This document shows positions 23,212 through 34,395 of a stretch of DNA of 64,000 nt, piece by piece; the first letter of the stretch is position 1; the number at the start of each line of letters is the position of its first letter. The stretch is from Octopus sinensis. Taxonomy: Eukaryota. Where the stretch lies: the NCBI RefSeq assembly GCF_006345805.1, contig NC_043003.1:29822001-29886000 (forward strand), given 5' to 3'. A program made the translations under genes and the position numbers. The notes beneath the pieces are model-generated. The model saw only the letters and a list, made by a program, of their open reading frames with translations. It searched no databases and was not told where the DNA came from.

Positions 23212-23253
<42 letters not shown>

Positions 23254-23282
23254 AGATAGATATATATCTATATATATATAAG

Positions 23283-23442
23283 ACAGGCTTCTTCCAGTTT
23301 CTGTCTACCAAATCCACTCACAAGGTATGGGTCAACCCGAGGCTATAGTAGAAGACACTTGCCCAAGGTGCCATGCAGTGGGACTGAACCCAGGACCATG
23401 TGGTTGGTAAGCAAGCTACTTACCACACAGCCACTCCTGCGC
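23283..23442 (-). mobile_element. 5' half of the major tRNA/CORE SINE
   Basis: Homologous to 29114-29275. Confidence 0.8.
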
Positions 23443-23618
23443 CTATATATATAAATACAAAATGGGACAAGAACGCAAAACATCCAGAGAGTTAGGGACA
23501 ACAAAACATCCAGACAGATGATACAAAGAAAAGAAGGACAGGTCATTCAGAGTTTGCTTTCCTCAGTCAAGTTCCAGATTATCTTTGCAATTTCAGCTGG
23601 TTATATATATATACATAT

Positions 23619-23675
<57 letters not shown>

Positions 23676-23682
23676 TATATAC

Positions 23683-23742
<60 letters not shown>

Positions 23743-23743
<1 letters not shown>

Positions 23744-24264
23744 CATGTGTATATATAAAAATTTTCAGAATGAGATAAAAATCCAAGGCTGTGAAAGATT
23801 TCAGAACATTTATAAATAGGTCTTACAGCTGTTTCTGGGGTACTTTATATATCCCTTCATCAGAGACAGTGTGAGAAAATGGTTAAGCAATAGTTATTCT
23901 AGATAAAATATGAAATAGAGAGTGAAGTGGAGGAATCAAAATAGATGTGAGATATGCAGGGCTATTGCATCTGTAGTTCCATTATTTAGGCAGATTGGTA
24001 TACATATAAGTACTGGAATCCTATATGTATACCATTCCGCCTAAAGAATGGAACTACAGATGCAATATCCCTGCATATCTCCCGTCTATTTTCATTCCTC
24101 CACTTCACTCCCTATTTCATATGTTATCTAGAGTAACTATTGCTTAACCATTTTTTCACACCGTCTCCGATGAAGGGATATATAAAATATCCCAGAAAGA
24201 GCCTTCTATTTATAAATGTTCTGAAATCTTTCACAGCCCTGGATTTTTATATATATACACATGC
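23743..24264. mobile_element. Older ~520-bp imperfect palindrome of a non-coding PLE-like HHR family
   Basis: Arms of ~260 bp centred near 24015, following the long (TA)n at 23601-23741. The sequence continuing to 24390 is homologous to 61470-61600. Confidence 0.75.
23820..23867 (-). ncRNA. Minimal type I hammerhead ribozyme (AGCU palindromic loop III)
   Basis: GUCU-CUGAUGA-A-GGG..CCC-A-GAAAC-AGCU-GUA-AGAC. The base of stem II is an unusual A/A juxtaposition. Confidence 0.65.
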
Positions 24265-24396
24265 TGATATATGACCTACATTGGACTCCTCATTCACATA
24301 ATCACTGAACCTGGAGCTTCACTATAGTCTGTCCATAGCACTTGCTCAGCATAATCTGACACCTTGGGTCTTATTGGCATCATTACCTCTGATAAC

Positions 24397-24440
<44 letters not shown>

Positions 24441-24484
24441 GTGTATGTATACATATATATATATATATTTATACACATATATCA

Positions 24485-24810
24485 TCATCATCATTTAACG
24501 TCCGCTTTCCATGCTAGCATGGGTTGGATGATTTGACTGAGGACTGGTGAACCAGATGGCTGCACCAGACTCCACTCTTGATCTAGCAGAGTTTCTACGG
24601 CTTGATGCCCTTCCTAATGCCAACCACTCCGTGAGGGTAGTGAGTGCTTTTATGTGCCACTGGCACGAGGGCCAGTCAGGTGGTACTGGCAACCACCATG
24701 CTCAAATGGTGTTTTTTTAATGTGTCACCTGCACAGGAGCCAGTACAGCAGCACTGGCAATGACCTTGCTCGAATGTTTTTTCACGTGTCACCAGCACAA
24801 GTGCCAGTAA
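24485..24810 (-). mobile_element. RTE 3'-UTR fragment or RTE-tailed SINE (similar copies at 28790-29085, 33890-34210, 47915-48060, 55920-56270, 63780-63830)
   Basis: Shares ggttggcattaggaagggcatc..ccaacccatgctagcatggaaagcggacgttaaa(tga)n with the RTE tail at 20930-21077. Confidence 0.8.
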
Positions 24811-25244
24811 CTTTGATTATAGCAGTCTAGTTTGATTAAAAGTGAAGCATTTTGTTTAAAAATTGGTAGTCTAGGATTTTGAAAGAAAGTTATTGTAGAA
24901 AGATTGCAGGCATGAAGTCTGATTTGAATTTAAAGGGGTCAGATAATGATGATTTAAAATGAAATACATTAAACGCCCTCTCAGATTAGTATATCAAAGT
25001 CATTGTAGTACAGCTAGATGACATAACTAAGGGTTATAAATCATCCTTGATAACCATTCTGGTTCTTTACATTCTTGGTTCAACTTTGCCCAATGTCAGG
25101 TTTGATTTTCGTTCTGGACAGAGTTGGTAGATTAAATTACCAATCAAGTGCTCAAATACTGTTGTCAGTTCAATTGACTAAACCCTTTCCTCTCAAACTT
25201 TCAGGCTTTGTGCCTATAAAAATAGACAATTATTATTGTTGTTG

Positions 25245-25745
25245 TTGTTGTGTTTGTTGTTCAACATTTGGTAGTTTCAGGCAAATTTTGACTGCATCAC
25301 CTGTCACACCTCTGTTTGGCTGGGGTGTATACAGCATTGTGTGTTCTTTTTGCTGTTGGGGGAGTGCAAACTTTTTCTGGCATTGTTATACATTAGTTTC
25401 TTTTGTTATGGCATCTAGTGCAGTCATTTGTTGTGTTAGTTCTTGCATTGTGTGTTGTGTGTGTAGTGCATTGGGTACTCAATCTGCTGATGGCTGTTTA
25501 TTTTATTGGGTATTTGCTATATAGAATGTGTCTTGTATATGGCTAGTGTGTTTATTCATTTTATCTTATTTTTAGCACTGAGTTCAGTGTGTAACATTAG
25601 TCTAACTCGTCTGTAATATTCTCTCCTAATTGTCTCTTTCATTTCTGTGTGTTGTATTTTAGCAGTTTTATTTTTCCTAGATACTTGTATGGGTGATTGT
25701 GGTCTAATTCTCAGATTTCTTTGGCTATGTCCAGTGCAGTGTTTT
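25245..25745 (-). mobile_element. Decayed R4/Dong-like fragment
   Basis: ELDHNHPYKYLG and EMKETIRREYYRRVRLMLHTEL parallel ELDPAESYKYL..ERIRRECYRRVRAILKTEL in the 26963 element. Confidence 0.65.
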
Positions 25746-25799
25746 CAGTGCTGATTAATTTGTGACATCTTCTCAGTGTCATTTTTGCACATTTATCCA

Positions 25800-26960
25800 A
25801 CCACTGAGTGAGAGAGTGGAGCATGCCATCAAAGTGACATGGGGTTACAAATATGCAAAGCCCAATATACCCATCATAACTACTTGTGTGACAAGGATAT
25901 ACCAGACACATGCATCACAAGCATATGTGTGTGACGTGATGATCTCACATCAAGATAAACAGTGCATGACCTTGCAGGTGGGGCCCAATTAGAATTTTCT
26001 TCAGGCAGAATAGTCCATCCTGTTCAAAAGGTCCCTGAATAAGGGTTATTTAAGGATGATGAATGAAACACCCATGTTTCCAGGAGGAATTATTTAAACC
26101 TCAAAGAATTTCTCTTGGCATATGGCTATGATGCTGCCCCACTACTTCTGCTCATGATCAGAGATGCACATATTGTCAGTCACTAGGGGACATACTCAAC
26201 TGGTTAAGATCAAGCAACTGACAAGCAAATCTGTGGTATTGAGCAGAATATTATCTGTAGTTCATCTTTTATACCAAGACAAAACATGTACATGATAACA
26301 TTTCCAATCAGTTAAAATCAGAAGTCATGAGAGTCACTGACTGGTATTGCATGAGGGTATAGCCACTGCCTGTTATAGCATCAAGGTATATCCACAGCCT
26401 ATCATCATGTGAGAGAGCAGTGCATGCCATCCAAGTAACACTAGGGTACAAATATATGAAGCCCAATATAACCATCATGACTACCTATCTGATAAGGGTA
26501 CACCAGGCACATGCATCACAACCATATGTGCGTGACATGGTGATCTCATTTCAAAATAAACAGCTCATGACTTTGCAGGTGGGACCCAGTTAGAATTTTC
26601 TTCTGGTGAGAAGCCCATCCCACTCAAAAGGTCCCCGAAAAAGGGTCATTTAAGGATGTTGAACAAAACACCTATGTTTCCAGACATGAATTATTCAACC
26701 TCCAAAGAATTCCTCTCATCTCATGGCTATGATGCTCCCTCTCTACTTCTACTTGTGATCAGAGATGCACACATCATCAGCCACTAAGGGATATGCTCAA
26801 CTGGTTAATGCTTAACAACTGACAAGCAAATCTATGGTACTGAGTAGAATATTTGCTGTAGCCCATCTTTTATACCAAGACAAAACGATGTACATGATAA
26901 TGCTTCTAATCTGTTAAGATCAGAAGCCATTGGAGCCACTGTCTAATATTGCATCAGAGT
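25800..26960. repeat. Two adjacent diverged copies of a ~550-bp repeat (period ~600)
   Basis: gagagag..catgccatc at 25810 and 26411; colinear throughout with many substitutions. Confidence 0.85.
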
Positions 26961-26962
26961 AT

Positions 26963-28637
26963 TATTATTATTCTATGTTTGACTTTTGCTTTATATTTGT
27001 ACAAGTTGGCTCCAAGTCTCACCCAGAGACCTCAAGAGACAACAGGTTGGAAGTTCGTGATGTTGTTATGCCTAGTGTGCCATATATTTGGTTTTGTATT
27101 TAGTGTTGTACTAGTGAATGTCAAAAAAAAAAAGTATGTTTGCTTTAAAACTTGAGATTACATAGAAAGTATTTTGCATAGGATATGAGCAGTTCCCATG
27201 AGCACTATCTTTTGGATTTCTGCCGTTTTGGGGTTTCCTGGTATCTGAGTTAGGTAGCGATCAGCCCCTTTAGCTATCATTCCCAGGGCACCTATGACAA
27301 CAGGTATTGTTTTAGTCTTCAGGTTCCACATTTTGCTGATTTCTATTTCAAGATCTTTATATTTGCTCAGTTTTTGGTAGGTCTTGACAGATACGTTTAT
27401 ATCGATTGGGACAGTCATATCAATGAGGAGGCATGTTCTTTGTTTGAAGTCTTTCAATATGATGTCTGGGCTATTTGCACCTATCTTTCTGTCAGTTTGA
27501 ATGGGGAAGTTCCAGAGGAGTGAGATGTGGTCATTTTCAAACACTGGAGGTGGTTTGTGTTCCCACCAGTTTTTTTCATGGGGCAAATCCAGGTTTTTGC
27601 AGATTACCCAGTGAATATACTGTGCAGCTCTATCATGCCTGTTGAGATACTCTGTAGGCACTAGAAGACTGCACTTGGAGACAACATGATCAATGGTTTC
27701 ATTTTGTTGTTGACATACACGACATGTTGGGCTACTGCCATTCTTTAATATGTTGACCTGGTAGTTCCTTGTAGGCAGGCATTGATCTTGACCTGCTATG
27801 AGAAACCCTTCTGTTTCAGATTTTAAGCCAGAGGCCATTAGCCATTGATGGGTCAGGGCTTTGTCAACATCTGCATTATTCACTCTCTTTGGGTATTTGC
27901 CATAGAGAGGTTTTTCTTGCCATTTATCATTCAGAATATCTAAGGCAGCAGTTTTAGCACGGGTTTTAATGCATTTAGCTTTTTCTGTGCTTGTTTCTTG
28001 TATGTCTAATTCTGAAATTTGTTGTATTCGGAATTCACTTAGATATTCCTTTGCCTGTTTTGTTACTGAGTATGATGCTTTCTGGTTTTCATGTTTTGAG
28101 ACAAGTTTTAACATCCAGTCCTCAGAGTTTTTCAGGTAGGTGTCTAGGCCAATTGTAGCAATCTTCATTGTTATTGCCAGTTGTAAAAGTCCACGACCTC
28201 CCTCTTTTCTTGGCAGATAAAGTCATTCTATATCTGCCTGAGGGTGGTGCATTCTATGCATTGTCAACAGTTTTCGTATTTTTCTGTCAAGATTACATAT
28301 TTCAGTAATTGACCAGTTAACGATATTGAAACTGTAAGTCATGACTGGTATGGCTAAAGCATTGATCGCTTCGATCCTGTTTCTCACATTCAGCTCTGTC
28401 TTGAGTATTGCTCTTACTCTGCGATAACATTCTCTCCTGATCCTTTCCTTCATCACTGAATGCCTTATTCCGTGCCCTTCAATTACCCTTAGGTACTTGT
28501 AGCTCTCCGCTGGGTCTAATTCTTTTATGACATTCTGCTGGTCAAGGTTAACGTTAGATGTTTCTGTCATTTTTCCTTTGATAAAGGTAGCTTTTGCACA
28601 TTTATCGAGGCCAAATTGCATTCTGATATCATCACTG

Positions 28638-28640
<3 letters not shown>
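26963..28640 (-). mobile_element. 5'-truncated R4/Dong-like non-LTR retrotransposon
   Basis: ORF 27158-28168 contains ETEGFLIAGQDQ, CRVC..ETIDHVVSKC and PDII..LLIDMTVP..KY.DL..IPVVIGALG (REL). The RT C-terminus is at 28223-28640. The 3' UTR ends in (AAT)n. Confidence 0.93.
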
Positions 28641-28690
<50 letters not shown>

Positions 28691-28775
28691 CATTACTATT
28701 ATTATTATTATTATTATCATCATCATTATTATTATTACTATTATCATCATCATTATTATTATTACTATTATCATG
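28640..28775. repeat. (ATT)n/(ATC)n microsatellite
   Basis: Seen directly. Confidence 0.95.
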
Positions 28776-29113
28776 TGAAAAAACATTCGAGCAAGATCGT
28801 TGCTAGTGCCGCTGTACTGGCTCCTGTGCAAGTGGCACGTAAAAAACACCATTTGAGCGTGGTTATTGCCAGTACCACCTGAATGGCCCTCGTGTCAGTG
28901 GCACATAAAAGCACCCACTACACTCTCGGAGTGGTTGGCATTAGGAAGGTCGTCCAGCTGTAGAAACTGTGCCAGATCAAGATTGGAGCCTGGTGCAGTC
29001 ATCTGGTTCGCAAGTCCTCAGTCAAATCGTCCAACCCATGCTAGCATGGAAAGCGGACATTAAACAATGATGATGATGATGATGATGATATATATATATA
29101 TATATATATACAC

Positions 29114-29531
29114 GCCTGGAGTGGCTGTGTGGTAAGTAGCTTGCTAACCAACCACATGGTTCCGGGTTCAGTCCCAATGCGTGGCATCTTGGGCAAGTGT
29201 CTTCTGCTATAGCCCCGGGCCGACCAATGCCTTGTGAGTGGATTTGGTAGACGGAAACTGAAAGAAGCCTGTCGTATGTATGTATATAAATATATATGTA
29301 TGTGTGTGTGTGTGTTTGTGTGTCTGTGTTTGTCCCCCTAGCATTGCTTGACAACCGATGCTGGTGTGTTTACGTCCCCGTCCTTTAGCGGTTCGGCAGA
29401 GGAGACCGATAGAATAAGTACTGGGCTTACAAAGAATAAGTCCCGGGGTCGATTTGCTTTACTAAAGGCGGTGCTCCAACATGGCCGCAGTCAAATGACT
29501 GAAACAAGTAAAAGAGTAAAAGAGTAAAGAG
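29114..29531 (+). mobile_element. Full-length young tRNA/CORE SINE with internal microsatellite
   Basis: A box tggctgtgtgg, B-box-like ggttcagtccc, CORE-like segment, (GTAAAAGA)n tail; CpGs retained. Confidence 0.88.
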
Positions 29532-29868
29532 AGTATTTATATATATATATATATATATATATGACAGTTAGAGGTTATCCAATATACTGCTGGTAGAATA
29601 CCAAATTATTAATACACAAGTATTTTTTATTGCATTGCAATTACATTACCAAGTGTACTAAATGGGTGAAGGTAAAGAGTTAGTTTACCATTAATTTATA
29701 GAGCAATAAGAAAATGGAGGGGATCAATAGGTGGTTCATCAACTTTTAGACATTATATGTCAATTTATTTATCTACTAAAATGACAATTACAAGAATATA
29801 CATGCAAGTATAACATATTATGCTTTACATATAAAATATATAAAGATACCAGTAATTATTAAAATATA

Positions 29869-31161
29869 CGAGGGACGTTCAATAAGTAATCCCCCTGACC
29901 CACTTGCAGTTGTTTGATCTAGCTGAAATTTTGCATGTGCAATTATTTATATCTCCATCGATTAAGCGGCAAATTACAGCTCTGAACTGATTGTGGTTTC
30001 TGATTTACAGGTGTTTGAACTGAGTCAAGTGTGAAATGGAGCCTGTTGAGTGTCGAGCAGTGATCCGGTTTTTGTATTTGAAAGGACGCACACCACGGGA
30101 GACTTTTGATGAAATGAAAGTAACTTATGGTGATGATGCCCCATCATATGACCTTGTAAAACGCTGGCATTGTGAATTCAAACATGGTCGGAACTCTGTG
30201 GAAACAGCTCCCAGATCTGGTCACCTCCCTTCTGCCATTGATGAGGCATCTGTCCGTCAAGTTGAAGCTGCCATTTTGGAAGATCGATACATAACAATTT
30301 GCCAAATAGCCCATCAGGTCAAGATTAGTACCGGGTCTGTGGAAACTATCATTCATGACCATTTGCATATGCAAAAGGTGTCTGCCAGATGGATTCCCAG
30401 GTTGCTCACACCTTTCTAGAAGCAAGAACGCGTCAAGTGCTCGAGAATGAATTTGGAGATGTGCCAAGAAGATGAGTCAAAATTTTTCAAAAGACTGATT
30501 ACACAGGATGAAACCTGGGTCCATCACTATGATCCAGAGACCAAAGCCCAGTCAATGCAGTGGAAGCACCGTGACTCACCTCCTCCAAAGAAGGCAAGGG
30601 TGTAGCTCTCCGCTGGCAAGGTCATGCTCACAGTCTTCTGGGACCAGGACGGAGTAGTGATGACAGATTTCCTGGCAAAGAGTACCACAATTACAGGAGC
30701 CTATTATGCTTCACTTTTGAGGAAATTAAGAGAAGCTATTAAAATCAAGAGGCGGGGCAAGATCAGAAAAGGCATCCTCCTCCTGCAGGACAACGCTCCG
30801 GTCCACAACTCGCGTGTCGCCAGATCAGAAGCACAGGCGTGTGGCTATGAACTCTTCCCCCATCCCCCCTACTCTCTTGACCTTGCACCCTCTGATTTTC
30901 ACCTCTTCCCAGTCAGGAAGTTGTTTTTGAAAGGAAAGCGTTTCCCAGATGATGCAGCCTTGATTTCTGAAGTCACGTCGTGGTTGGAGGACCAAGCTGG
31001 GGTCTTCTACAAAAACGGTCTCCAGAGCTGCATCAAACGATGGGAGAAGTGCGTAACTCTGGGTGGTTCCTATGTAGAAAAAGACTAATAACTGTGCTAA
31101 ATTTCGTTGCTCTACTGCTATGGGAAGTGGGTCTGGGGCATTACTTATTGAACGCCCCTCG
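29869..31161 (+). mobile_element. Full-length mariner (1293 bp, DD34D) with two in-frame TAG stops
   Basis: TA TSDs at 29867-29868 and 31162-31163; TIRs cgaggg(a/g)cgttcaataagtaat. Single frame 30036-31088: TQDETW, LQDNAP, then 34 aa to APSDFHLF. Stops at 30417 and 30602. Confidence 0.96.
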
Positions 31162-31306
31162 TAACATACAGGAATATAAATTCGGAAAATATCTTACAGC
31201 TGTTTCAGCCAAGAGGCAAAAATACCTCATTCTACTTTTATCCCTCCTGTAGACTGAAGTAATTAGTAGATGAAATTGAGGTACTTGGGTGTTTCTCTAA
31301 GCTTCA

Positions 31307-31334
<28 letters not shown>

Positions 31335-31337
<3 letters not shown>

Positions 31338-31695
31338 GAAATTATTGTATACAGTGCTCAGGTGCACCACAACTTGTCAGAAAGTGCATATAAAGTATAT
31401 GCAGTAATGTACAAATGTCTGGAAAGCGAACAATGTATGAGTCAGATACATGCTTGTGTGTGTATGGAGGGGAGGAAATCAGGTGTAGTGTTGGTGAATC
31501 TCAGCAAGCATGGAAGTTTTGAAGGATGCAGTGCTCCGACAACTAACAACTGATGCCGGCAGTTTGTTCCATGCTTCAGCAACTCTCAGCGTGAAAAAAT
31601 GTTCCCTAAAGTCATGGGAGCTGTGCTGTTTTCTGACTTTGTAAATATGTCCACAGGTGTTAGACGGGTGGAGTTCGAAAAGGTGCTCAAGCTTC
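31335..31695 (-). mobile_element. CR1-clade LINE 3' end
   Basis: HSSHDFREHFFTLRVAEAWNKLPASVVSCRSTASFKTSM followed by an (ATT)n tail. Confidence 0.8.
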
Positions 31696-32688
31696 TATAT
31701 GTATATATTTGTTTGTTTGTATATGTCTTTGTCCCCACCTGTATCATCTGACAACTGATGTTGATGTGTTTAGCTCCCTGTAATTTAACAGTTCAGAAAA
31801 AGTGACTAACAGAATAAGTATTAGGCTTACTAAGATTTAAGTCCTGAGGTCGATTTGTTCAACTAAAACCCCTTAAGGTTGTGCTCCAGCATGGCTGCAG
31901 TCAAATGAATGAAACACATCGAAGAATAAAAGTATATGGATGTATATATGTATGATTTTTATATACATACATATATACATACATAAATATTTATATCTAT
32001 GCATGCGTGTGCATAACTTCTCACTCCCTCTCTCTTTCCCTCTCTTCTCACATCAACAAGCACAAGAATATATGGGCCTTAGTATATAGCAGTTACATAT
32101 ACTCAAGTAGTAAAATAACAACCACTTGATATTTATACCCTTTAAATACACATATATTTATTGTAGCCTTTCAAATTTATTTTGTGTTCTACTGTTATGC
32201 AGACAATGTCTGACACAACCAGACATTACAAATATCAAGGTAAACTATTCTCTTCTCCAGAGTTAAACTTTGATTCTAATTTTTTGTTAGCTGGATTTTA
32301 GATGAGGCTTATATCATTAACATCGATATTTCTGACTTTTCCATTAGTCAAACTTTTGTATGTGTTGAAGCAGATGTTTTACTATTGTGTGTTTCTAATG
32401 CAAATCATTCAACTTGGAAATTAGACTAAAGATTGTTTATTGTCTCTTTCTTTTTTTTTTTTGTTGTCCTGATTAAATGGAGGAAGTTGTGTTAGATTGT
32501 TTGTTTAAAAACATGACACAGTAACAGTAATAAGATATGAATGTACCATCTTGTAGACAACAGATCATATACTTATCTACCTGTTTCTATCTACCTGTCT
32601 ATTCCTTGTCCTACCAGTCTGCTGTTTGTCTGTATACACACATACACACACACACACACATACACACACACACACATGCGTGCGCATG

Positions 32689-32726
<38 letters not shown>

Positions 32727-34333
32727 CGCGCGCATGCATGCACACACACACACACATAATATAGGTTAAAGTAGTGAGAAAAGGCAAACAATTAGTGAAG
32801 GCAGGACAAGAACATTTGATTTCATGTAATTCTATTTAAAATTTAGCGGCATAACAAACGGTGAAAATAGAACAAATAGGTAAAGTTAGTCTCTGACAAC
32901 TGTTTCTGAGATATCCCAGCTATTGGAGCCTCATATCAAGCAAAGACTCTATAAGTTGAGTATTCTGTCATTAGAGAATTATAGGTTCGACAGTGGAAGG
33001 AACACTCCTCACCATTGATATTTGTTGTGGTTTATTATGTTCAGGATGCTAGGAGGGTCCAATTAAATCCAGTTGGACCAGGGCTTCTTTAGGTAACTCC
33101 ATGATCAGAAAGGGTGGTTAAGTGGTACATCAAGGAGAGAAGAAGGAAATAAGTATTATGCAGTACTCTATATTGAGGGAAAATGAAATTGAATGCTAGC
33201 AGATCAAGCATTGTGCATGGAATAAAGATACATTCTGATGAAAGCATCACTATCTTACAAGCAATGTTTGTTTTTAATCTTACATGAAAATATGTCCTAC
33301 CATAAAGTACCATTACCCTGTTTGTAAATGGGTGAGGGCTGATAACAGGAAAGGTATCTAACCATAAAAAAATCTGCTTCGACAAATTCATCAATTTTTC
33401 CATTTTGCTTCTTTATCTTACAGATAACTCACTGTCCTACTCATATTGTAATCTTGACAAAGGTTTTTTTTTTTTTAATGTATAAAATATTGTAACTCAT
33501 TGAAATATTTATTCCTGAGAAAAACCATAACTTTTTATGAACACCTAACACTCACAATGAGCATCTCCTTGATGATAGTGAGCTCACAATGGATCAAAGG
33601 GATGTTACTGCCCAGATTAAGTACCACTGCACTAAATGACTGTTGCAGACATGTGTTTGGGTGTGTATGCATGTATGTATATATGTAATACATACATATA
33701 TAAGTAAATCACACGCATACACAAAGAGAAATTAATGTGTGAGTGTGTGCATGTGTGTATATACTATAAGTATGTATATATATGTATGTGTATATATGTG
33801 TGAGTGTGTATGTACATATATGTGTGTGCATATATGTATGTATGCATGCATGCAGGATGCATGGTGCCGGAAGTATTTGAGATCATCATCATCATCGTTT
33901 AACATCTGCTTTCCATGTTGGCATGGGTTGGATGGTTTGGCTGAAAACTGATAAGCCAGGAGGCTGTACTAGGTTCCAATCTGTTTTGGCAAGGGTTCTG
34001 TGGCCAACCATTCCAAGAGTGTAGTGGGTGCTTTTTTTACATGCCACTGACCTGACACCAGTATTGGCCATGACTACAGTCTCATTTGTCTCAACAGAAG
34101 GACACAAGTACTGTATACCACCAAGGGCCTTGGTCACCTGTCACTGTCTTCATGAGGCCCAACACTCGAATGGTGCTCTTTACATGGCACATAATAAGTA
34201 CCATTATGTGGCACTAGTGTCAGTGGCACATAGAATCTGAAATATATGTTATATATATGCATGTGTGTGTATGTATGTATGTGTGTACATATGTATGTAT
34301 GTTTGTATATATGTGTGTGTGTGTATTTATGAC

Positions 34334-34371
<38 letters not shown>

Positions 34372-34395
34372 TGTATGTATGTATGTACATACATA

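Larger units (their letters stand above)
22151..23214 (+). mobile_element. Young retrozyme-like non-coding element: inverted 225-bp arm, then a 490-bp unit, then a partial second unit
   Basis: 22151-22375 is the reverse complement of 22393-22617 (1 mismatch). Direct repeat with period 490 (22374 vs 22864; 4 differences over ~350 bp). (TA)n lies on both flanks. Confidence 0.85.

Noticed and set aside
32885-32945. Minus-strand GAAAC-AGTT-GTC with upstream TGATATGA
   Set aside because: Core and stems are too degraded to call.
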